Origin: a virus
Taxonomy: Duplodnaviria; Heunggongvirae; Uroviricota; Caudoviricetes
Virus record (IMG/VR): IMGVR_UViG_3300031420_000399
Length of the DNA: 64,000 nucleotides
Strand: one strand, 5' to 3'
The number at the start of each line of letters is the position of its first letter. Positions within the stretch are counted from its first letter, which is position 1. A model generated the notes under the pieces. That model had not been told where the DNA came from, ran no database searches, and worked only from the letters and a program-made list of their open reading frames with translations. The translations under genes and the position numbers were made by a program. Below are positions 34,401 to 43,478 of the stretch, in pieces.

Positions 34401-35096
34401 ATGGACATCACCGTAGAGCCCGCCACCTGGGCCGCTGAGAAGATCGCCACCCAGAAGAGCATTCAGGTCGAGGTCGATCAGATGCTCGAGCGAACCCCGG
34501 ATCCTGAGATCCAGAGGCTCATCTCCACCGGGCTGCGCACTCGACTCATCGATGAGCTTCAGCTGCCCTACCAGGCGATCCTCCACTACCTCTTCCGCCA
34601 CTACTCCGGCGAGGGCGGTGAGCTGTCTCCGAAGGCGCTCAAGAAGAACCCCGAGGCCCTGGCGCTCAACGAGCTCCGCAAGGCCTACCAGGACCTCGGA
34701 GGTGCCCTCTCCACGATTGTTAGCGCTTCTCCGAGCCTTCCGCTCTCCTGCAATAAGCACGGTTCGATCTACGCTGGTGGTGTGGAGGATGAGGGCAACC
34801 GGATCTTCAGCCCTCAGGACCTTGCGGCCAACGGGCTCAAGGCTGCTGATGGTCACGGGCTCAACAGTGAGCTCAAGGGGGACTTGGCCGCCATCCCCGG
34901 GTCCATCAGTGAGGCAGCTCAGCTCCTCTCTGAGCAGGTTCGGATCGCCAAGTCCGCGCTGACGACCATCGTCGGTAGTGAGCTTTCCTGCGAGCACGAG
35001 CGCATTCAGGGTGTCCCTACTCCTAACGAAGTCGCCATCGAGGCCCAGCGATCCATCGACGGGCTGAAGCTCACAGGAAGCCCCATCGCTGACTGA
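34401..35096 (+). CDS. internal-repeat protein (231 aa), paralog of 33382
   Basis: leaderless ATG 7 nt after tgTAACAT (34388-34393); module CNKHGSIYAGGVEDEGNRIFSPQDLAANGL. Confidence 0.6.
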   Translation: MDITVEPATWAAEKIATQKSIQVEVDQMLERTPDPEIQRLISTGLRTRLIDELQLPYQAILHYLFRHYSGEGGELSPKALKKNPEALALNELRKAYQDLGGALSTIVSASPSLPLSCNKHGSIYAGGVEDEGNRIFSPQDLAANGLKAADGHGLNSELKGDLAAIPGSISEAAQLLSEQVRIAKSALTTIVGSELSCEHERIQGVPTPNEVAIEAQRSIDGLKLTGSPIAD

Positions 35097-35131
35097 TCGA
35101 TCTCAAGTAGATCAAGCTGTTAGGAGCTTGC

Positions 35132-35160
35132 TTGAAACTGCAGCATTTAGAGCCTACAGT
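35132..35160 (+). promoter_or_regulatory. promoter: TTGAAA-17-TACAGT upstream of the DUF3592-like triplet
   Basis: spacing and hexamers. Confidence 0.4.
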
Positions 35161-35251
35161 GTGATAGTATTGCCTCGTGGACCAGGCTCCTCAGAGGCCC
35201 ATGGTAGAGAGTGAATGACTCCCACCTTCAGAGCTCTTAAAGGAAAAACCC

Positions 35252-35659
35252 TTGGAAATCCTCGCCATCGTCCTCGGCTTCGCACTGATCTTTGCTGCCG
35301 GAGGACTCGCCCTCTACTACGGTCGTAGGAGAAACCACTTCAGGCAGTGCTGCCAGGGAACTATGGCCCGTGTCGTGGATGTCCGTAAGAAGGATAGCTC
35401 CATTGACAGCGACTGGCCCGACTACAAGCTCACCGTTGTCTACAATGTGGGCGTGGATGAGCACCAGGGTAACCTCTCGGTGAGCTACTGGACCATGCGG
35501 TCCCACTTCCCGGTGCTCCTCGAGCCCGGTGCTCGCGGTGAGCGAACCTCCATTCCCATCGTCGTGGACCCCGACCACCCTCGGCGCATCGCTCTGAACT
35601 CTCGCTTCGTTCAGACCTCCGACTCAGAGTCGCCCCGAAGCACAGCTCCAGTAAGCTAG
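35252..35659 (+). CDS. DUF3592-like membrane-anchored protein (135 aa)
   Basis: TTG start; N-terminal TM helix then beta domain with DSDWPDYKLTVVYNV...SYWTMRSHFP. Confidence 0.5.
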   Translation: MEILAIVLGFALIFAAGGLALYYGRRRNHFRQCCQGTMARVVDVRKKDSSIDSDWPDYKLTVVYNVGVDEHQGNLSVSYWTMRSHFPVLLEPGARGERTSIPIVVDPDHPRRIALNSRFVQTSDSESPRSTAPVS

Positions 35660-35716
35660 GCCTTCGCCTGGACCATAGCCCAGCAGCTGATCGCAGCTCT
35701 AGAGAGAAATAGACAC

Positions 35717-36085
35717 ATGGACATCCTCGGCTGGATCTTCGCTGGACTGGTGATCCTCGGATTTCTGATCGCTGGAGCAGTCAAGCTGTCCTACAGGCTC
35801 AGGGGCCCAGTGCTCAAAGCTCCCCGGCAGATCTACGCTTCGATTGAGCTGATTCAAGCCATTCCGACACCGGACAAGAGCTGGCCGGAGTACATGCTGA
35901 ATCTTTCCTATGAGGTGAACGGCAAGCACTTCACTCGAAGGCTCGTCCTTCAGCAGGCTGACTTCGAACGGCTCCTACCGCCCCTGGCAATCGGGCAGAA
36001 GCTCGAAGGAACAGTCACTGTGCCCCTTCTCGTTGACTTCTACCGGGGTAGCCAGGTCATCCTCGATCCTCGCTGGTCGGCCTGA
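35717..36085 (+). CDS. DUF3592-like membrane-anchored protein (122 aa)
   Basis: SD GAGAGAAA; TM helix then SWPEYMLNLSYEVNGKHF. Confidence 0.55.
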   Translation: MDILGWIFAGLVILGFLIAGAVKLSYRLRGPVLKAPRQIYASIELIQAIPTPDKSWPEYMLNLSYEVNGKHFTRRLVLQQADFERLLPPLAIGQKLEGTVTVPLLVDFYRGSQVILDPRWSA

Positions 36086-36128
36086 ACCGATAGTAGGCTC
36101 TAGCAGCCACCGAGAGAAAGGCCCGACC

Positions 36129-36575
36129 GTGAACAATGCAGCTTCCTACATCTTCTTGGGCCTCGTCGTGGTGTTCTGTGTCGGCCTAGCGCTGACCCTT
36201 GTGCTTGTCCGGCAGCGCAGGCAGAACGATCTCGAGACCAACGGTCTTCGAAGTGAGGCGGAGGTTGTCTCAATCGGTCGAGACAACTCCAAAGGTGGCG
36301 AAGTGAGCTTCCCTGATTTCCAGCTCTGGGTTCGCCATGGTTCACCTGAAGATAGCCACATGGGCTGGCTTTCCATGAGCTACTGGACCGTGCGAACCAA
36401 CTTCCCCGAGCTCATCGAAGCCTCCAGGCGGCTGCAGCAAGAGAGCAAGAATCTCGACCGTCAGTTTGCTGCTATCCCCATCCTCGTGGATCCGGAAAAC
36501 CCTGAGTCCTTTACAGTGGACTACGGCAGGGTTCAGAAGAAGCGCGGTGGATTCGCAAGGCTCAACGAAGGATAG
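36129..36575 (+). CDS. DUF3592-like membrane-anchored protein (148 aa)
   Basis: GTG with SD GAGAGAAAGG 8 nt upstream; TM helix then FPDFQLWVRHGSPEDSHMGWLSMSYWTVRTNFP. Confidence 0.5.
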   Translation: MNNAASYIFLGLVVVFCVGLALTLVLVRQRRQNDLETNGLRSEAEVVSIGRDNSKGGEVSFPDFQLWVRHGSPEDSHMGWLSMSYWTVRTNFPELIEASRRLQQESKNLDRQFAAIPILVDPENPESFTVDYGRVQKKRGGFARLNEG

Positions 36576-36582
36576 GAACATC

Positions 36583-37167
36583 ATGAGAAAGCAGCTTCAG
36601 GCGGCACTGAAAGCGGGGCTCAAGCGCCCCCTGAGCAGGAGGCTCGATCTTCGCAGTGCCCGGGAGTTCTACGACGAGCTCGACATCGAGCTCCCACGGC
36701 TACTTCGGCCAAGCGACTTCACCGATTTCCACCGGAAGCTCGCAGATCGGAGCAGGCGGTCCTTCCGAAGCTGGCGCAAGGCCTCGCAGCAGACTTTGGC
36801 CCACCGGCTCCACTACAACACACTGGAGACACTCCTTGCCAACGGCTGGCGGGAGGACATTCAGCAGGTTCTGGACAGCGCCCGATGTCAGCTTCAGCTC
36901 GCCGAAACGGTGGAGGCTGAGATCGATCGGATTCGGATCCGTCAGCGCAAGGCAGAGAGCGTTTCCCTCGATCTTTACAGGCTCTACGCATCCGAGCGAA
37001 CAGAGGCAGACTACCAGGCCCTCGAATCGGCGATCCAGGCAGCCAGGCACCAGATCGGCTTCACGGATAGCTACTACCCCGACTCCAAGAGACCAACGGA
37101 CGAGTGGTTCTACTCGGATCTTCGTCAGGAACCTAGTGTAGATGGAACTTTGGGGAGCACTGACTAG
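36583..37167 (+). CDS. basic hypothetical protein (194 aa)
   Basis: SD GAAGGATAGGAA; Arg-rich. Confidence 0.55.
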   Translation: MRKQLQAALKAGLKRPLSRRLDLRSAREFYDELDIELPRLLRPSDFTDFHRKLADRSRRSFRSWRKASQQTLAHRLHYNTLETLLANGWREDIQQVLDSARCQLQLAETVEAEIDRIRIRQRKAESVSLDLYRLYASERTEADYQALESAIQAARHQIGFTDSYYPDSKRPTDEWFYSDLRQEPSVDGTLGSTD

Positions 37168-37176
37168 CTCCTGCAG

Positions 37177-37205
37177 TTGACAGGATGACCGCATCCGCGT
37201 AGGAT
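37177..37205 (+). promoter_or_regulatory. promoter: TTGACA-17-TAGGAT, leaderless ATG 37212
   Basis: perfect -35; 6 nt gap. Confidence 0.65.
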
Positions 37206-37211
37206 CCTCCC

Positions 37212-37679
37212 ATGGACACCACAGTCAAGCCTTCCCTCTCGGACATCGACGCTCCCAACCCGATCCTCCCCATCCTCCAGGACATCGGCGAGATCTTTGG
37301 CCTCCTCGGTGAGAACTTCGATCCGACCCGGAGCATCCACTACTTCGACGCCTTCCGGGCCGTTCAGCAGGACGATCTCGAGGTCGCTCGCATCCGCTTC
37401 GAGAGCGCCATCCGAGAGTGGCAGAAGGAGTGGCTGAAGCTCGCGGCCATGGAGTCCTCCAAGAAGAAGCCAGCTCCCAGCGCCATCGCTGAGCAAGAGC
37501 GCATTGAGGAGAGCTACCACCGGACCTACTACGAGACCCGGGAGGATTTCCTCATCGCCCGTGGTAAGGAAGAGCTCATGCGAGTCGTCCCTGAGATGTT
37601 CCTCGATGAGGAGGCTCGATCCTTCACCGTTTCGGCCATCCGCCGGGTGCGGGCATACCTCGGGCTCAACTGGAACTGA
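37212..37679 (+). CDS. hypothetical protein (155 aa)
   Basis: leaderless ATG 6 nt after TAGGAT (37200-37205), perfect -35 TTGACA. Confidence 0.6.
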   Translation: MDTTVKPSLSDIDAPNPILPILQDIGEIFGLLGENFDPTRSIHYFDAFRAVQQDDLEVARIRFESAIREWQKEWLKLAAMESSKKKPAPSAIAEQERIEESYHRTYYETREDFLIARGKEELMRVVPEMFLDEEARSFTVSAIRRVRAYLGLNWN

Positions 37680-37741
37680 ACAGAACACAACGGCAGAAGC
37701 TGTTCTAAGAGTCAAAATTGGCCAACCGAAAGGCAGTAGCA

Positions 37742-37993
37742 ATGGCAGACCACTCGAAGCCTAAGGTCAAGGTGACCATACTCCCCGATGATCGCTGGGA
37801 ACAGGGTCTCGACCACGATGAGCGCTCTGAGGCTCTCTACAGATTCCTCGCCGAATACGACAGCAAATTCGCTGACGACTCCATGGGCCTTTCCAGCGGT
37901 GGGGACGGAGACAGTGGGGAGGCCCTCATGTACCTCCTCGACGAGTACTTCGCTGCAATCGACAGCGAGAAGAAGGAGAACGAAGATGGATGA
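37742..37993 (+). CDS. acidic hypothetical protein (83 aa)
   Basis: in-frame ATG within track ORF 37718. Confidence 0.5.
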   Translation: MADHSKPKVKVTILPDDRWEQGLDHDERSEALYRFLAEYDSKFADDSMGLSSGGDGDSGEALMYLLDEYFAAIDSEKKENEDG

Positions 37994-38372
37994 GCTGAAC
38001 GAGAACGAGCAGCCCGTGAGCGATGATTCCCGAAACGAGCTCTTGAAGTTCGTCACCGAGGGTAAGCCCAAGGATGAGGCCATCGCCGAGGCGCTGTCGC
38101 TGATCCTGAGCTTCGGCCAGATCGACGGAGACCATCACAAGACCTGGGCCATCGACCAGGTTGTCCGAAAGCTCGCCGGTGAGAAGTACCAGGACTTCGT
38201 TGACTTCTACGAGGTCGGTGACATCGAGGGTATGGATCTCTCGGATCCTGCTGCTGTCGCCAAGGCCCACCAGATCGGTAGCGGAGACTACTACAGCGAT
38301 GACTTCACGCAGGAGGAGATCCAGCGAGTCGAAGCAGGCTACTACAGCTGGGATGATGGGATCGCTCCCTGA
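37986..38372 (+). CDS. acidic hypothetical protein (128 aa)
   Basis: SD AAGGAGAA; start overlaps upstream gene by 8 nt. Confidence 0.55.
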   Translation: MDELNENEQPVSDDSRNELLKFVTEGKPKDEAIAEALSLILSFGQIDGDHHKTWAIDQVVRKLAGEKYQDFVDFYEVGDIEGMDLSDPAAVAKAHQIGSGDYYSDDFTQEEIQRVEAGYYSWDDGIAP

Positions 38373-38511
38373 CCTCCTAAGCCTCCGAGTCTGTAAATCG
38401 ACACATGCTCACCGGAAGGCGCTCCAGTTCGCTCTAGCGGGCAGCTGGGGCGCCTTCTGTCGATGGTAGGAACCATGATCTCAGTGGTCGAGAAGGACCA
38501 TGTGACTCTAG

Positions 38512-38540
38512 TCGCGGAAGCTTCTCCCATCGTGTATGAT
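38512..38540 (+). promoter_or_regulatory. promoter: TCGCGG-17-tgTATGAT (ATG 38592, DUF808)
   Basis: one-mismatch -35. Confidence 0.45.
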
Positions 38541-38591
38541 CGGACTTGAGCGATCTGTGCTCTCACCACTTCCACCACACTGAAGGAAATC

Positions 38592-39539
38592 ATGCCCTCG
38601 GGATTCTTTGCCCTCCTCGACGACATCGCCGTGCTCGCCAAGGGTGCTGCTGCCAGCATCGATGATGTGGCACTGGGTGCTGCCCGGACTTCCATGAAGA
38701 CCACCGGCGTCATCATCGATGATGTGGCTGTCGCTCCCTCGCTTGTCACCGGCCTGTCGCCGAAGCGCGAGCTCCCCGTGATCTGGAAGATCACCAAGGG
38801 TAGCCTCCGCAACAAGATCTTCTTCGTGATCCCGCTTCTCATGGTTCTCTCCTGGCTCCTGCCGGCAGCGCTACCCTACCTCCTCGTGGTGGGTGGAACC
38901 TACCTGGCCTTCGAGGGCGCCGAGAAGTTCCTCGTGATGGTCCATCTCCTCAAGGAGCACAAGGAGGCCAAGCTCGCCGCCAGGAGCGCAGATGAGCTCG
39001 AGAAGAAGATGGTCAACAGCGCCGTTACCACCGACCTGGTGCTCTCAACTGAGATCATGCTGATCTCCCTGGCGTCCATCGACATCGACAACTGGATCAG
39101 CCGGCTCCTCATGCTCATCATCGTGGGCGTGGCGCTCACTGTCCTCGTCTACGGGATCGTGGGCCTCCTCATCAAGATCGATGACATCGGCCTCCACCTC
39201 GCCCGCCGGGAGAAGCGAGGAGTCCGGCTCTTCGGCCTAGGGCTCCTGCAGTCCATGCCCGTGGTCTTCACGGTGCTCAGCGTGGTGGGCACCTTCGCCA
39301 TGCTCTGGGTCGGCGGCCACCTCGTCTGGAAGTCCCTGGGAGACATCGGCATCGAGCCCTTCTCTCACAGCCTCCACTGGATCGAGGATACGCTCCACCA
39401 CTCAGGCGCTTTCCTGGCCTGGCTCGGTGAGACCGCAGCCTCCACCGCCTTCGGCATCCTCTGGGGAACCATCGTCTTCCTCCCGATCCACTTCATCGGT
39501 GAGGCAATTGCGAAGCGCAAGGGTGAAAGCACTCACTGA
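38592..39539 (+). CDS. DUF808 (YedI-like) membrane protein (315 aa)
   Basis: N-terminus MPSGFFALLDDIAVLAKGAAASIDDVA matches the DUF808 N-terminal signature; SD GAAGGAAA; promoter 38512-38540. Confidence 0.65.
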   Translation: MPSGFFALLDDIAVLAKGAAASIDDVALGAARTSMKTTGVIIDDVAVAPSLVTGLSPKRELPVIWKITKGSLRNKIFFVIPLLMVLSWLLPAALPYLLVVGGTYLAFEGAEKFLVMVHLLKEHKEAKLAARSADELEKKMVNSAVTTDLVLSTEIMLISLASIDIDNWISRLLMLIIVGVALTVLVYGIVGLLIKIDDIGLHLARREKRGVRLFGLGLLQSMPVVFTVLSVVGTFAMLWVGGHLVWKSLGDIGIEPFSHSLHWIEDTLHHSGAFLAWLGETAASTAFGILWGTIVFLPIHFIGEAIAKRKGESTH

Positions 39540-39605
39540 GCGAACCAGCTTGATAGTCTGAACACACCTGTAGACGGATAGCAGAGCCGAGAGGGAGTAG
39601 GAGCC

Positions 39606-39917
39606 ATGACCACACCAGACATGAAGCCCGGACTGAACTTCGGCAAGGGTCCTGGAGCTCCCAATCCCTTCCGGGCGACCTTCTTCATCCTCGGCTTCGT
39701 CTTCATCATCCTGGGCATCACCAGCAATCCAGTCTTCTTTGGCTCTGGGATCATCTTCGTGATCCTGGGCTTCAGCCTGAAGGATGGGGATGGCAAGGGT
39801 CCGGATGGAAGCTCTGGCCGCCACCCCAAGGACGATGACGGCTGGTCCCGGGATCAGATGGACCAGAGCGATTCAGACGGCAATCCTCGACCCAGTCCGG
39901 GCTCGGAGAACTCTTAA
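39606..39917 (+). CDS. small membrane protein (103 aa)
   Basis: SD GGGAGTAGGAG; two TM helices. Confidence 0.5.
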   Translation: MTTPDMKPGLNFGKGPGAPNPFRATFFILGFVFIILGITSNPVFFGSGIIFVILGFSLKDGDGKGPDGSSGRHPKDDDGWSRDQMDQSDSDGNPRPSPGSENS

Positions 39918-39927
39918 TCTTCAGCTG

Positions 39928-39956
39928 TTGCGCAGGGCTGAAAGCATGTGTATGGT
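39928..39956 (+). promoter_or_regulatory. promoter: TTGCGC-17-tgTATGGT, leaderless ATG 39964
   Basis: 7 nt gap. Confidence 0.6.
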
Positions 39957-39963
39957 GGCGTCC

Positions 39964-40233
39964 ATGAACACCACCACATCTCCGAAGCCGGACCGCACTC
40001 AGAGCATGAGATCCCTGAAGACTGCAGGCCTCTTCCTGTTGCTCTCCGGTCTCTTCGTGTATCTCTACATCTTCTCGGCGGAATCTTCGTTCGGGTTTGT
40101 CTGGATCATCGCTGCGGTAGTTCAGCTCATCTGCGCTGGGCTTCAGCTCAACCTCGTCCGCATTCAGCGCAAGTCCGAGAACCTGTCGACCAAGGCTGAT
40201 GCCCTGGCCGCCCTGGCCTCCTCAAACAATTGA
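39964..40233 (+). CDS. small membrane protein (89 aa), MNT-start paralog
   Basis: leaderless ATG 7 nt after tgTATGGT (39951-39956). Confidence 0.5.
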   Translation: MNTTTSPKPDRTQSMRSLKTAGLFLLLSGLFVYLYIFSAESSFGFVWIIAAVVQLICAGLQLNLVRIQRKSENLSTKADALAALASSNN

Positions 40234-40256
40234 ACCAGAGAGAACGCTCCTTCGCC

Positions 40257-40541
40257 ATGAACACCAACACCATCTCCAAGCGCGACCGCATCGGCAACTT
40301 CATCCTCCGGATCCCCTACTGGGTCCACGCCACCTCCTTCGTTTTCCTCGCGCTCGTTCAGATCGTCTGCGGCTTCGGCGACGGCCAGTGGATGATCTCG
40401 GCTCCTCTCGCCGGGCTCTTCCTCTTCCTGGCCTTCGTGCTCTTCTCCTTCCAGCGAGCCGAAGGCAATCGCCGGAAGCTCCGTCGGCCGCAGCTGAGCC
40501 GCTCCACCGAGGTTGAGATCTCGAGCCGATGGGCACGCTGA
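40257..40541 (+). CDS. small membrane protein (94 aa), MNT-start paralog
   Basis: begins MNTNTISKRDR, compared with MNTTTSPKPDR in the upstream gene. Confidence 0.5.
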   Translation: MNTNTISKRDRIGNFILRIPYWVHATSFVFLALVQIVCGFGDGQWMISAPLAGLFLFLAFVLFSFQRAEGNRRKLRRPQLSRSTEVEISSRWAR

Positions 40542-40903
40542 CCCTGAAGCTCGGCTCCATGGGTGCTGATGGTGGACTTCACTACTGGCTCCTCGACGGG
40601 GATGAGGCTCGAGCCTACGCAAAGATCTACGAGCGCAGTGAGGCCTCCGGCACGGTCATCGAGCTCTGCGACATCGAAACCCGCAAGGGCTTCCGCAACC
40701 GGGGCTATGCTGCTGAGATCCTCGAGCGGCTCGCCAGCGGCTATGGAGTGGATCAGGTCTGCCACGGTGGATCCTACACTGAGCTCGGCCAGCGCCACAT
40801 CGCTTCCCGGGTCAAGCGCATCGGCCGCCCCGCGGGGAGCCCGCTCTCCATCCCCCTGAACTTCGTCGCCGATTGGGACTCCCTCTCTCCTCTCTACCCC
40901 TGA
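40529..40903 (+). CDS. GNAT-like acetyltransferase (124 aa)
   Basis: IELCDIETRKGFRNRGYAAEILERL resembles GNAT motif A; start overlaps upstream gene. Confidence 0.4.
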   Translation: MGTLTLKLGSMGADGGLHYWLLDGDEARAYAKIYERSEASGTVIELCDIETRKGFRNRGYAAEILERLASGYGVDQVCHGGSYTELGQRHIASRVKRIGRPAGSPLSIPLNFVADWDSLSPLYP

Positions 40904-40938
40904 GCTCAGTAACTTTTCGGCCGAGAGGGGCTAGGTGG

Positions 40939-40967
40939 TTGCACAGGGAGCGAAGAGGGTGTAGTGT
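40939..40967 (+). promoter_or_regulatory. promoter: TTGCAC-17-tgTAGTGT, leaderless ATG 40974
   Basis: 6 nt gap. Confidence 0.55.
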
Positions 40968-40973
40968 TCTTCC

Positions 40974-41390
40974 ATGACCACCGCCAGCATCGCCAGCTTC
41001 CAGCCTGAGCTTCCCCTTTTCGAGGGTGACGAGCAGAAGGCCGAGGAAATCCTCGAGCTTACCGTTGCGGAGCAGATCCGCCGGGGCATCGAAGAGGGGC
41101 TGCGCTCCCTGGCCGTGGACACCGCCAAGCTCCTGGAAGCAGATGCTGAGCGCGTTCGGAGCTGGCTCCGCAGCGAGTTCGGCACTCGACAGGCCTCCGC
41201 TTACTGGCTTCGGGATGGAAAGCTCCTCACTGACCCCAACCTCGCCACTTCCTCCATCCTCGATCGCGCCATCAACCACACCATCGCCGTGGGCGATTCA
41301 GAGGGTGGCTACGACCAGCTCATCGTCGGTTCGAAGCTCCTTCTGCACTTCGAGGAGGAGCTCAAGTACCAGCGGGCTCAGTGCGGCTGA
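40974..41390 (+). CDS. hypothetical protein (138 aa)
   Basis: leaderless ATG 6 nt after tgTAGTGT (40962-40967), -35 TTGCAC. Confidence 0.55.
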   Translation: MTTASIASFQPELPLFEGDEQKAEEILELTVAEQIRRGIEEGLRSLAVDTAKLLEADAERVRSWLRSEFGTRQASAYWLRDGKLLTDPNLATSSILDRAINHTIAVGDSEGGYDQLIVGSKLLLHFEEELKYQRAQCG

Positions 41391-41487
41391 CTCGAAGATC
41401 TAGATCTACAGCGGCTGCGATAGGTAGCCGTACCACCGAGAATTGCTTGAGAGCAATCGAATACCCTTTGGACCTGAGGAGAGAACC

Positions 41488-42174
41488 ATGGCCGAAGCAG
41501 AGAACCCCAAGCCCAAGAATCGCAGGGGTGCAATTCTAGCCATCATCGGAGGCTCTGTCGCCGGGCTGATCCTCCTGGCAGCTGCTGGTTCAGCCGGCCT
41601 CGCACTGGGCTATCACGCGGGCTTCAGGGCCGGAACTTCAGAGGCTCGGGGAAACACCGATTCCTTCTGGCCCCGTCCAGGTGACCGTCCGAGTCACGGT
41701 CAAAAGCGCAGCCCAGTGGGCGAGTGGCGCGGAGCCATCAAGGGCGGAGAGGCTGACGCGGTCAGGCTGACTCTCAGCGCCGGCGGGCAGGCATCTGGCA
41801 ACGATGGCTGCAACAGCGGTGGTGCTCCCTGGGAGCTCAAGGACAATCAGATTCACTTCGGGAGCTTCACCAGCACCAAGATGTTCTGCGAGGGAGTGGA
41901 CAGCTACCTCTTCGATGCTCAGACAGCAAAGGTCTCCAAGGATGGAGTTACCCTGAAGCTCTTCGGTGAAAAGGCCAAGCCCCTCGGTGAGCTCCACCGC
42001 TCGTCGGGCAATGGAGGCATCGTTCCTCCCACCGGAGCCCCAGACCCGCGACCTTCTTTTGGTCCCAATCCTTCCCGGGGCTTCGATGAGAAGCAGCGCC
42101 TCGAAGATGGCTTCAAGTTCAGAAAGTACGAGGATGGCATGAGAGAGCGGCTTCAGCGCGAGAACGGAAATTGA
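41488..42174 (+). CDS. membrane-anchored META/HslJ-like domain protein (229 aa)
   Basis: SD GAGGAGAGAA; TM helix; NDGCNSGGAPWELKDNQIHFGSFTSTKMFCEG fits a META-domain pattern. Confidence 0.5.
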   Translation: MAEAENPKPKNRRGAILAIIGGSVAGLILLAAAGSAGLALGYHAGFRAGTSEARGNTDSFWPRPGDRPSHGQKRSPVGEWRGAIKGGEADAVRLTLSAGGQASGNDGCNSGGAPWELKDNQIHFGSFTSTKMFCEGVDSYLFDAQTAKVSKDGVTLKLFGEKAKPLGELHRSSGNGGIVPPTGAPDPRPSFGPNPSRGFDEKQRLEDGFKFRKYEDGMRERLQRENGN

Positions 42175-42175
42175 A

Positions 42176-42514
42176 ATGATGTATCCAGCATACCAGAACT
42201 CTCAGTCTACCGGAGCTGCTGCGCTCCATCAGGCAGCACCCGAGGGAGTCTGGGCACTTGCTGTGATCTCACTCCTCATCCTCTTCAGCTTTGCTGCTGT
42301 GGCTCTGGCGATCTACAGGAACACCGAGCGGGGAACATTGGGCAGGGCTTCCAGGAGAGTGCCTCCGATTCCCATGGCCATGGGCTTCGACGCTCGGCTT
42401 ACTCCCGATGATCGGCTCCGGGAAGTCAGCTGGCTCGAATCCATGATGGAGGCACCTGCTCGTCAGATCCCGGGGAGAAGGAGTACCCAGGAAAGCGACA
42501 CCTCCGAGGGCTAG
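42176..42514 (+). CDS. small membrane protein (112 aa)
   Basis: starts 2 nt after upstream stop; one TM helix. Confidence 0.45.
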   Translation: MMYPAYQNSQSTGAAALHQAAPEGVWALAVISLLILFSFAAVALAIYRNTERGTLGRASRRVPPIPMAMGFDARLTPDDRLREVSWLESMMEAPARQIPGRRSTQESDTSEG

Positions 42515-42533
42515 AACTGATTCTGGCTGAGCG

Positions 42534-42562
42534 TTGCGCAGGCCTCTGAGAGGGTGTATGGT
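42534..42562 (+). promoter_or_regulatory. promoter: TTGCGC-17-tgTATGGT (ATG 42616; trio + AAA unit)
   Basis: family consensus. Confidence 0.55.
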
Positions 42563-42615
42563 GGACCTACACCACACACCTGGATCTCTGATCCCCTCGC
42601 CGAAAGGTCGCCACC

Positions 42616-42882
42616 ATGGCCATCAATCCGGAGAACTACAAGAACCTCTCCATCGAGGAGATCCACGGCATCCAGAAGGTCTACATCGAGGACTACCTTC
42701 AGGCCAAGCTCGGCGTGGAAATCGCTGCTGAGGTCTACAATTCCGGCCAGACCAACAGCAAGCCCGCTCTGGCAGTGGTGAAGTCCTCTATCAAGCGGAA
42801 GCTCGCCATCCTCGAGGACATCAATGCCCTCGGTCGGATCCTCGACGAGCGCGACGGCACCATCTCCACTTCGGTCAACTGA
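42616..42882 (+). CDS. hypothetical protein (88 aa)
   Basis: TTGCGC/tgTATGGT promoter 42534-42562; SD GAAAGG. Confidence 0.55.
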   Translation: MAINPENYKNLSIEEIHGIQKVYIEDYLQAKLGVEIAAEVYNSGQTNSKPALAVVKSSIKRKLAILEDINALGRILDERDGTISTSVN

Positions 42883-42894
42883 GAGAAGAAGATC

Positions 42895-43476
42895 ATGGCA
42901 GAGACCACCCTGGCCCAGCGACAGGCCGCAGATACCGACTTCAACGACCTCGTTCTCTCCTACTCCGGCTACGGCGCAGATGAGCTCCAGGCGTTCTTCT
43001 CCGGTGAGCTTGAGAAGCTTCGGGAGGTGAGCATTCGAGAGCGGCTTTTCATCGACGGCCACGATCTCTTCCTGACCTCCGAGGTTCGGGAGGCTCGAAC
43101 GCTCGGCCAGGAGCGCTACGACACGCTCCAGCGCATCAACGCCCTGGGCTGGTGCCTCGGCCGACCCCGAACCGGAGCTGCCAACGCTGCTGCCGCCGAG
43201 CAGTACGCTCCCGAGGGTGAGATCCTCGGCTTCTTCGTGACCCACTACGCCCTCATGGCGGATCTCGCTCTGGAGCTCAACAGAGAAGCTCGTCTCGACG
43301 ACTTCTGGGATGAGCTCGACACAGAGGGTGAGCTCATCCTCAACTTCCAAGCAGAATCGGTGGGCTACTACGAGGAACTCCAGCGTTCGGCATCCTTCCG
43401 CCAGGATTCGCTCACCCGCATCCTCGCCCTGGACATGCTCATGGCTCAGCGAGCTGAAGAAGAGGAAGGAAACTGA
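42895..43476 (+). CDS. paralog-trio protein A (193 aa)
   Basis: SD GAGAGAAG; motifs QRINALGWCLGRPRTGAAN and GYYEELQ. Confidence 0.6.
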   Translation: MAETTLAQRQAADTDFNDLVLSYSGYGADELQAFFSGELEKLREVSIRERLFIDGHDLFLTSEVREARTLGQERYDTLQRINALGWCLGRPRTGAANAAAAEQYAPEGEILGFFVTHYALMADLALELNREARLDDFWDELDTEGELILNFQAESVGYYEELQRSASFRQDSLTRILALDMLMAQRAEEEEGN

Positions 43477-43478
43477 TC

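Noticed and set aside
35199-35216. 5-codon upstream ORF (MVESE) before gene 35252
   Set aside because: Too short to assess. It may be chance within the leader and is not reported as a feature.
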